From: Thalia democratica
Taxonomy: Eukaryota
Direction: 5' to 3'
NCBI GenBank assembly: GCA_965202585.1
Contig: OZ241832.1
Span: 2,542,001-2,606,000 of the forward strand
DNA length: 64,000 nt
Shown in pieces: positions 53,831 to 64,000 of this stretch. The notes beneath the pieces are model-generated. The model ran no database searches. It was not told the origin of the DNA and was given only the letters and a program-made list of their open reading frames with translations. The position numbers were made by a program, and so were the translations under genes. Within the stretch, counting starts at the first letter, position 1. Every line of letters begins with the position of its first letter.

Positions 53831-56800
53831 AAGTTGCATAATGTTTGTGTGTTGGTTTCGTCAGAGAAAGTTGTTTTCACAAGCCACTTGATAAGTTGGA
53901 CATCTTTCAAGCCACGAAAGCAGCTGACGTTTTGAGTAAAATACCACTTTTGAGCTGGTACAGTTTTTCAAAAGTTGTTGGAAAAAGTACTCTCTATTCT
54001 ATAGATACTTCGGTATAATGTTTGAGTTGTTTTGGACCTATAACTTCTGAAAGCAACCAAAAGGTTCCGGAATATCAGTTTTTTTTTCAATTTGGTTTAT
54101 TTTAGTTTGTGAAAAACCAGTTTAATTTCAATTATTCATAAAATCCATTAAAACGCTCTAAACTCTAAAGTATGATTAGTTTTGTTTAACATGCGGTTTA
54201 AACTAAGTGATACAATCCATCAATTTTGTGTATAAATAATTGGATTAAAGTATGCATATTCAGCATTTTTAACCAACTATAGCAAGTGGCACCATAAATT
54301 AAATAAAAATTATAAAACATTTATTCAAATACCACTAAATTTCAAACATTTTTGCTTTACAAGCCACATACAAATGTACTTACAAACAATGAAACAAGCC
54401 ACACGTGAAACAGACGGTTAATCATGTACTTAAAGGAACTTGGTTGCAAATTTGCTAAACATTTATAAATCATTTCCTCTCAAGTTCAACAGATGAAACA
54501 TTTCACTTACCAGCGGCTTTGCACAACCGCTTTCTTTTTGAATTGGTCTGAAATTATTTACTCAAGCGAGCCGCAAAAAGTTTAAGCTTGCTTTTCGCGT
54601 TAAAATCTTTACAATCCACAAAAACCAACGATCCATTGTGTCTTGTTACCAGAAAAATTGCGCCGTACCACCGTATTATACACACAATTTCCATTGTCGT
54701 GGCCATTTAATTTGAACAGCTTGATCCAACTTTTTCTTGAAAGCCACCGGCGCAACCTGGTAAACCCCAACAAAGAACGCCGCCGTATTGTCGCAAAAAA
54801 GTCCCCGTTGTAGAAACTTTTTGGGGTGGAGCACCGACACGAAGTTGCTGTCTGCCACTTGGAGACGGCAGTGAGTTCTTTTGTTCGACTGCGTATGTGC
54901 TCTGCCGGTTTTGTTTGCTGTTTGAAAATTGTTTGTAAATTTTCAGCTCGTTTATTTCACAGTTTTAATTTTTGTAAAGAATTTAAAAGATTTTTTTAAT
55001 ACCAAATTACTTTTTTATTCCGCGAAATTTTCACGTTATTTCTTATTTTCTACATATATTTTCCTATAAAAATGATCAAATATTTGTATATTTGGGTGTG
55101 TATTCACTTCTTACCAATGTATGATTTAAAATTATTGTAAAATCATATTATCGTAAAACCGCATATGCATATTTGTTTTCAATTTCAAGCTATAAAATTA
55201 TTGAAACAAACTTTTTTTAGTACTCATTCCTAATTTTTAAAGCTGTTATGTAACATACTTTGCAAAAAACAGTTTTGACAGTACTACACATCCTTCCACA
55301 ACTTTCCACAAAATTATTTGTCATTCGAAGCACGAATTAAAAACAACTTTACGCGCGATTAGATGCCATTTGAAATATTTATTATTATAAGAAGCGACTT
55401 AGGGGCAGTAGAAAGCCACAGACAGGCCGACAAAACACTGAAAGCGTTTAACAACAAAACGAGTCAAGTTCAATTTAAAACTGCGGTCGACAATACACAT
55501 TGTGAACATAAAGAAAACTTGTTATCCTCTTAGCATTTTCTTTTGGTTTACTAAGCAATTACTAGCTTTTTGTGTTTAGAAAGGCAAAGCTACTTAAAGC
55601 ACCCATTGTGTTTAAAAGATACTTTTGAAATGGCTTGCCGGTCTTAATAGCTGATCTCAAAACTGTTGTAGACGTGTTTATATAAGCAGTCGCAACTTGC
55701 CAGCATTTGTTATTCTACATCATTCACGAAAGGAGTCAAGTTCATTAATGCGCTTTGCGGTCACTAATGCTGAACTTTTTTCCTCTTCTACCAGCTTTAT
55801 TTTAAATGATGGAACAATCACATATTTTTAACATGTTTTCAAAATTTTTTTTTCAATTTTGAAATTTTAAATAAGTTTTCTGTTCTTATTTCAAGTGTGT
55901 TTATTCTTTAGTCCTACATTTAATGAAGCAAACTTAAACAACATCATTCAATACACATTCTTTTGATACGCTCAATTAGCTTTTAATAGCTTAATACCAT
56001 GTAACTTAAGAGACAATTTAGCCAAGCATACTTTTAAAAGTGCTGTTGGTTTAGTAGTAAAGTAATATCACAAAGAGAGGTATTGTTAAATTTTTCCCTT
56101 GAAAAAATCGTCGCAATACACACTTTTATTTATTGCTTTTTTTTGCCTATCTCTGCGTACATCAGACAAATTTTGTATGCTTAAGAAGCTAAGTACTATG
56201 CTTTCAATGCTCTGAAAAAACATGTTTTCAAAGCTTACTTAAGCTAGAAAAACTTTAAAGCAAAGTTATTGTAAACCACTTTTACAATCCCTCTAATTAC
56301 ACTATCAAGATTAATAGGTTTTTTCCTTATTTTGGTCTATAATTTTATTTTTTATTTTAAAAAATTCCGTGTTCATTTGTTTTCCAAATTATATATCAAG
56401 TAACTTTTTTGTTTTAACTTGATTTTCACCACAACTCTTTAAAACAATTTTGAAAACCAATTAGTTTTTAAGTTTAAAAACAGAAAGCATTTTACTTGTT
56501 TGATAATTGCACAAACTTTTTGAAAATATATCCTTCAAAAAGCTTTTAAGTTTTTGATTGTTTACGGCTTCTTTCTATTTGTTTGTAAATCATTTCAGCT
56601 ACTTGAGTTGAAACCTTTCAAAACGGGAAAATTGATTTGAAACACTAAAAAGTTGAAACAGTTTATTTTCTACGCAAAACACTGCTACTTTCAACAAACT
56701 TCTGGTTTTTCCTGTTTCAAAAGTTGATTGAAAATTATTTCGTGCGCATAGAAAATGAATATTTAATTTCCTAATTTGTTTTTGAATGATCATCTAACAA

Positions 56801-57597
56801 GTTGTTGTGGAAAGAAACAGATAACAAATTTGTTTTGAGTTGTTCGCTGCGGTTCGGTACTCAGTATATGGCGGACAACTTGCGTATAAGTTAATAAAAA
56901 GCTTAGACGTTTCAATATAAAATCTTGATAAAGTGGTATCATCAAAAACACTTTGTTACATTAACGAGCTTACCAAACATTGAAACCAATGTATTTGATA
57001 TTTGTTGTAATACTTTGGCGATTTTAAACAATGTAATCTTGACGTTTAGGCACATTGAAACTAGCTTAATCTTTTCATCTAGCACACGTTTAGCCGTTTT
57101 TAATATAGATATAAAATACCCATACCATGAAAAGTATTAATAAAAGGATGACTTAAATTCATTTCAACTTTTATACTTGGAATTGCATGTTGCTATAGAA
57201 AAAATTTTAAATCGTTAATCTTGTTATTTTCCAAAACATAAAGAAAACCATATTGATGCATGAATTTAAACTAAAACATTTAAATTAAGAGCATAATTAC
57301 TTTTAAGAGCATGAAAACTTAAGATATGTATAAAAAAATTCCGTATTAAATATAAAATAACAAAGTCAAAGAGCTTTTAAAAACTTACAAAGAAGTTAAA
57401 AACACGTAAATAAGTACAAAATTAGTTATATAACCTCTAGTGTGAATTATCTAACTTGTATAAAGCCGAACTTGCATATCTAGCTTGTGTAAAGCCGTAT
57501 ATCTAACTTGCATGTGCAAATATGCCCATGAGAAGGATGTTCAGCGAGAAAATGGGCGAATTTGTATCTAATACAGCTACTTTGAACGTGCCGACAG

Positions 57598-57625
57598 ATA
57601 TATATATATATATATATATATATAT
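57598..57625. repeat. (AT)n microsatellite
   Basis: About 14 uninterrupted AT units. Confidence 0.95.
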
Positions 57626-58348
57626 TGCGTATAAATCCACCGTGTCAATTCTCTCATAAGTTGTGTATTTGAACTTGGCAATCTGCTGCAGCATCTCGTT
57701 GTAATTGGCCCTGATAAGCAGATATCCGTAAACAATTTGTCCTTTTTCGAAATTACTGCGACTACTTTTGTGCTTAGCAACGCGATTATTTGAACTTCTT
57801 TGCTGGAAGTCCTTCTAAGAAGCTTTAAATTCCAGAAAAACTGTTTTGAACAGTGATCTTTTCATTGGCAAAGTTGGCAGAGGATGAAATCAAACTTAAA
57901 TTCTAGTTTGCACTACTAATTAGCTTATCTTTTTGAAAATAATTAAACTTATTTAGGGGTGTGCGTAAAATATTGGTTTTAATTTTAAGCTCTTGTAATC
58001 CGGTTTTAGGAACTTAAGAATTAATTTTACGTGCTTTTTTCGTAAAGAAGTTAAATTTTAACATGAGAAGTAATCCCGGAAAAATAACAACACAAAATAT
58101 TCTTTTTTTTACGTGTCGACCACTGGGTTTCGAACATGCAAAGTTCAACTCAGAGAGTAATAATAAACAATACTTTAGTTAGTTTGTTATAAAAAAAATT
58201 TAGACAACTTTTACAAAACGTTAGCTTTGTTTGTATACTTTTAATAAAGTCAGCAAGAATTTTTTTTTAAATTTTTTTGTAATTATATTTCTTCTACTAA
58301 AACTGTGAAGATATTTAGCAGAACGTTTTCGTTGAAATTTAAATTCAG

Positions 58349-58542
58349 TTTACCCCGTAGGAAGCTGGGGATATCCGCCAGCGGCGCAATTTCCCTACAT
58401 AGGACACCACACTGCGGCGAACATAATGTCGCGACAAATCTCCAGGCAGCCGGGCGGCGTCAATCTTACTGCAGGAGATTTGACGCACCACCAGCCGATA
58501 GTGAGCCCGCACCCCACTACTGATGGCATCAATATGATCAAG
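58349..58542 (+). CDS. RUNX: Probable RUNX exon E (P/S/T/H-rich transactivation-type region); alternative acceptor 58361 and alternative donor 58500 are also in frame
   Basis: GC-rich, open in the phase-1 frame: (V)YPVGSWGYPPAAQFPYIGHHTAANIMSRQISRQPGGVNLTAGDLTHHQPIVSPHPTTDGINMIK; donors AAG|GTGGGT (58542) or ATA|GTGAGC (58500), both phase 0. Confidence 0.75.
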
Positions 58543-61500
58543 GTGGGTTGTTGAGTAAATGTAAAAAAAATAATAATAATAAATTAAAATTTAATGTCAC
58601 AATTAAAATTAAAATCAATATGATTAAGGTTGGTTTTTAAGTAAAAAAAAAATGAATTTTTAGTTTCCAAGTAATTTTAAGTAAAAATCGTAAAGGTAAG
58701 GTTATTTAAGTTATAATAATGAGTAAATTAAATTGAAAAAATTCTTTTAAAAACTACAAGCCCAACTCAAAACATGCTAGAAATAAGCTCTGTATTTGAC
58801 ATGTCATTCTATATGGAAAATATTTATACGTTTTTGTATTACGGAACCTTAAAATATTTTCTGTTGCAGCCATATGCTTTTATTAGATTAGAATCTGCTT
58901 TCTTTTGAACTTCAGTAAAACCAGTAAAATTTTTGTACTTTTCTCTTGGCTTCATTGCTTGTGTGACATTTTATTAACCCGAATATTTTGTACGATCAAA
59001 TGTAGATTAACACTGAGAACTCTGCTGATGAAGAAGAAAGTGCAACTGCTGAAGAGTCGTCGTTTGAAGATGAAATTATCTCATTGTAAAAAAAAATACT
59101 ATTCACAGCCAGACATACGATATTTTATTAGACAAACTGCTTTAGATTTTCAAAATTAAACTTAAATTAACAACTAGAACAACAAATTTAAATAATACTC
59201 TTAATACTAACACAACTTGATTTTTGCGACCATGTACTTTTTTGATTAGGCAACCCTTTTAGATAGTTTTGAATTTTGAACTAACAACAGATTAAAATAA
59301 TGTTTAAAAGTAATATTTTGAAAAATCTACTTTTCCTAAAACCCTTTGTAAACTTAAACTAACACAACATATCACGCAATTCTAATTTTATTCGATGTTT
59401 AATTAAAATATCGAATAAATTTAATAAAGTTAAAAGTATTTTTTATGGCGACTAAATACTATTATTAATAAAATAGACAACTCGCTTAGATAATTAGAAA
59501 ACTATTTAGTAAACTTATATAATAAATTGGTGCTATAATATGTCTGCATGAATGTTAAATGTATTATTTTTATGTTAAAAATGTTTACTAAAATATGAGA
59601 ATAAACTTTGCTTTAAAATATTTTTATAAACAGATTGTCGATTTATGCTGCGACTTTCGTTTAGATAAGTTTTTAAAAAGTTGTTTCAGACTTTAAAACT
59701 TGTTTTTAACTTAATTAACAAGCATTTATTTAGGTAGTGTTGTTCAAGCAAATTAGTTTTTAATTTAATTAGCTCATTGAAAAGTCTTAAATAATAACTT
59801 TAGTGTATTTGTTGTTTTATCTAGGGATTAATACCATAATTGTGTTTGTTGGAACAAATTTATTTCTTAAACAACGATTTGTACCAAGGTAATTTGTTTG
59901 AAAACTTATAGATAAATACAACATTTTTGCTTAATTGGATAGTATTATTTTTGTCTTGTATTAATTGTTGATTTAATAATAAATTCTTTCTTTTATTAAA
60001 CTTGGAAACAATAAATCTATTCATATGTTAAAAATTTGTGTTGTAATTTATGTTTAACAAATTGTGTGCATGAAAAACTATTGGTTTAATTCAACCAATA
60101 CACGCTTCTAAATACACTTGATAATTCGCCATTTTTAAATTAATTGCTTTTCATACAGCTATTAAAATTTAATTTTTTTTTTGTTAACACGCATGCCATA
60201 TATACTATGATTTTTTTTTGATAAATTTTTTCTAAGTATATACTTAAAAAATATTTTATTAAAACTAGGAAATATCCGGTGGTATAGATAAAAAGAAAAT
60301 AATTGCACTTAAACTACTTTATATTGATTTAAACACTAATTATAAACTAATTCAAAACTTTTTAAACTACTTTAGATATCAAAGTAAAAGTGCGTTTACT
60401 AAATAATTATAAGGTTAAGTATTGAGCTACAAATCTTATACTTTAGTTTAAAACTTCGCTAAACTAAATTCAAGCAATTATTTTGCCTAGATGTATTTCT
60501 TTAGATAATCTATAAAACATTTACTTTGATCTTTTAAAAAGCGTATATTAATGTTTTTGTTGAATGATTTCCTTAAAAAAAGCGGATAAGTTAAAATTTT
60601 ATTCAAAAAATATTCACTGATAACATAGTGTGAAATTTTTAAACGAAATATACTTCGTCATTTAACATTTTATCTATTTTGAAATTCGTAAAAGTGTCCA
60701 GATAATTATAAAAAATTCGGAGTATTTTCGATAAGTTAATTGATGTGCCTGATCAAAATAACTTGTTATTACTTGACATTAAGGTTAAATTTAATTTGTA
60801 ACCGATAAAATATTTTAGTTAATTAACTTATACCGAAACGTCATTATTTTATTAATCGATGTTATCAGTAACTAACATGAGAGTTTAAGTTCTGAGTATG
60901 TAAAGTATGTCATCTAGCAACTACTTAAAAGTCTTCACATGTTGTTTTATTATCTATTTTATTAATAATCGAGTTATCTAGTCAACAACATGTGTTTGAT
61001 GATTTTTGAGAACTTTAACTAATTGCGGTAAAGTATTTTGAATATTTATAAAATCGCACATTACTGTTACTTAAAAAAAATGTATAGTTTTATGTAAAAC
61101 TCGTTAAATTGCGAATCATCAGAATAAATAAAACGCAAATCAGTGCCTGTTTTTAACAAACTCTTTAGAATTTTTATTTTTTTTAACACTTTGAAAACAT
61201 AGTTGCACGATACAACTTTTCTGTGTAATCACAAATCATTAAAATAATAAATAAACAAATTAATGTTTGATAGCTTGTTGTTAGCAAATTTGCGCAATAT
61301 AACTGCCAATTTAAACCCTGCCATGGGAGTTAGCGCGCATAACGCCATTTTGTGCCGATGCAGAATGCAGACGTGATCACTCCATACCAGCCACTTGTAA
61401 TTTGTACAAACACCACTCAACATTTGTTTGTTTCAACACATTTTGTTTGTCCTTTTAACCTCTGCATTGTCTGCAGTTAAAACAAATTGATTGCAATTTA

Positions 61501-62039
61501 TTTTATTAAAACAAAAAGTAGTGGTTTGTTTAAAATGCTCGTAAATTTGAATTTTTCGCACAGTTTTAGCAAGTGCTTCTTTATAGAGTGTTCACTATAT
61601 AACCATCAATTTTTTGTTAATTTGTCATTTATCACAAACATGTTTGAGTATCAAGATTTTTTCTATGAAATTTTGTGTTTTATTATAATCAGATTTTAAT
61701 TTATTTGTTTATCGTAAAGTGAAAAAAAACAGCAAGAATTAAGTTAGTTCAACTTTTTATATCGTATCAGGACAAATAAAATTTTCTACCAAACTACTTT
61801 AATAATATATTTCACAATTGAGCAAACTTGTTGTATTTAAAAAATTCTACAATAAATTTCTTAGCACAACAGGCAGCTTTATTAAACATTTCAAAAACTT
61901 TTTCAAATTTAATCAAAAGTTTGTTGTTTAAACAATATACTCCCAAATATTTCAAAACAAAAGTGAGGCTTACATTGTCAATGTTTTCACGGACAAAATT
62001 ATAATTCATAGAAAAAAACTTCCTACAAAAACCAGCAAC

Positions 62040-62570
62040 TTAACTTTGTGGTCGAATCGGTCAACTTTCGGTCAGATGGACACATATACGCGGTTCAGTG
62101 ACGTCACAATACATAGATCACCACGTGTCGACCGGCCCCTCAGGTATCTGAAACTTCAAAGCCGCGTCACGCCGTTCAGATCGGCATTGTTACGTCATAA
62201 AACGTTCGCCTGAGTCACAGTTCTTTTGTTTGTGTTTGACGCCGGCAACAAAAGAAAATCGTGAAATTAAAAGTCTCAATGCGAAATTGAAAGTTGTGAA
62301 ATTCGCAGTGTGAGATGCAGTCGAATGTAAACAAGTTCGAAGTTTGAAGTTTCTAGTCATTTTTTTAAGTATTTTTGTGAAGTAGTCACTTCTCCAGTAG
62401 AGTTTCTAGTCGTTTCTGTTAAGTTTTCAGACGTATTTCCGTGAAGCCTTGTCATTTTCAGCGAAATTCAGTCGCTTCAGTAAAGTTTCGCACCGCACAC
62501 TTGCAAATGCGGTCACCAACTCAGACTTGTACCTGAACTTCTTTTGTCTTTCGAAAGTTTTTATGCGAAG
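62040..62570 (+). promoter_or_regulatory. Intronic promoter and candidate alternative first exon ending in a strong donor
   Basis: GTGACGTCAC 62098-62107, CACGTG 62122-62127, TTACGTCA 62190-62197, TGAGTCA 62211-62217, then ~350 nt of UTR-like sequence ending ATGCGAAG|GTAAGA (62563-62570). Confidence 0.55.
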
Positions 62571-63580
62571 GTAAGAAGGTTTATGTTTACGTTAGCAGCT
62601 CAGTAATATGTCTGTACCCGAAGGCGATTTATGTACTAAACACCTTATATAGAAGAACATGTTTACATTTGCACATACTTACACTAAAACAAAATATATA
62701 TATATATATATGTTGACAGTATTACTTATGCATACTATGATCTTCTACGATTTTCTATCATATATAGAAAGTGATCGTTTACACTACAGGTTACAAATTT
62801 ACGAATACACTACAGGTTCTATATACAAACTGTTAAGAAGAAGTTTGCATTAGCACTAAGTTTGATTATATATAGTAGCAGTTTCATTGTAGTCTGACTA
62901 ATATTCGTATTGTTTACTTAAGTTTCAACGTTTAACACGTTTCATGGGAACAATATTAGACCACGTTTACTCAGAAGACAAGCCGTGTGAGTTAACAAAC
63001 CAAATATATGTATATATATATAAATACATATAGTGTGTGTGATGGCCTTTCACAAAACTTGACAGTTTACTATTATTTACATTAAGTTCAGACAAAACAA
63101 ACTGACGCTAAAGTCTGACTATATATAGCTGAACTCACAGAATTAAACACAATAGGGCTTCTGTTTTAAGGTTATAAGCAGACAATATTAATCAATATTA
63201 TTATGACAGTTGTAAGGTAACTTGAGTGTTATTTTGTTTTCACTGACAACTTTTCTTAAAGCTAAATATAATTTCACAATGATGAAATGTGTTTACATAT
63301 AAACTTACCGCGGGTACAAATTAAAAATCGATGTGTTAGCTACTAACAGTTAGCATAATAGTACTGAGTATAATGAAAAATATATAGATACCTTAATAAG
63401 AACACTTAGTTTAATTTATTCATATTTAAAAATTTTTAATAAATGGAATTGTATGATCTATTTTGAAAAGAATGTTCCAATTGGTCTTGAAGATTTTGAT
63501 TGGGTTTTTTATACGAGCTTTAAAATGTACTTACATTAGTTAAAAATTTAAAATATTTTACTTATTTTTTATTATTTCAG

Positions 63581-63670
63581 AGAGAAGACTCAGGAATATC
63601 AGGGATTTCAACATCAGCAACGGCAACCACAATTGACGGTTCCTATGGAAACGATTCCGTCAGATCTGAG
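63581..63670 (+). CDS. 90-nt coding exon F: RUNX in phase 0 (REDSGISGISTSATATTIDGSYGNDSVRSE) or a different protein in phase 2 (EKTQEYQGFQHQQRQPQLTVPMETIPSDL)
   Basis: Long pyrimidine tract plus TTTCAG| acceptor, GAG|GTTTGT donor, GC rise; two of three frames are stop-free. Confidence 0.7.
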
Positions 63671-64000
63671 GTTTGTTCAAAGTGTTTTTTAATAGAATAA
63701 AATTTGGTAATTATTAAAAGTTTTTAATAGTTTACTGAAAGTTTTAGTTAAAAATCATATGTGACATAGTTACGTTGAGAAACAGCTAAAATTTTAATAA
63801 ACAGTTGAAGTTTAAGGTTTTCATAATAAGTTTGTGAAAATATGAAATACATTATAGGTCTTCCAAGTTATTTGTGGCTTATTTACCAACATCTTATAAT
63901 TCAACTATCTGTTGCGCAACAATATTAATAGGAACTATGTATTATTATTAACAATAAATTTTCCTTTGTTATAAGTGTAAAGTTTATTTTGTACTTGTTT

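Noticed and set aside
54676-54858. 60-aa minus-strand ORF inside a RUNX intron
   Set aside because: GC-rich patch more consistent with a regulatory island; no domain recognised.
61229-62009. Three ~65-70-aa ORFs as a nested gene or transposase
   Set aside because: No motifs, TIRs or consistent splice structure; no WRPY in the + frames.

Overview
AT-rich (roughly 25-30% GC by eye) invertebrate metazoan genomic DNA with spliceosomal introns. The VFTNPPQ Runt signature is chordate-like, so a tunicate is possible, but the species cannot be fixed from sequence alone. The only well-supported host gene is a RUNX (Runt-domain) transcription factor on the + strand. Its three Runt-domain exons (42549-42756, 45820-45975, 49530-49634) splice in frame and are followed by probable exons at 51690-51782, 58349-58542 and 63581-63670. 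No VWRPY terminal exon is visible, so the gene probably runs past the window end. The ~42 kb upstream is a gene desert. It holds a diverged ~4.6 kb non-coding duplication ending in twin TATA promoters, a young 5'-truncated Penelope retroelement (inverted pLTR, 15-bp TSD, hammerhead-like core), several MITEs, a 33-bp minisatellite rich in RUNX core sites, and GC/CpG-rich islands repeatedly carrying GTGACGTCA (CRE) sites. The most unusual observations: a one-nucleotide slide of the first Runt-domain intron relative to human RUNX1; local duplication of splice junctions at four RUNX exon boundaries; strong CRE/AP-1 enrichment including a twin composite module; and an intronic promoter whose ATG-bearing first exon could read the last visible exon in a second open frame. 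All regulatory and isoform calls are predictions from manual reading.
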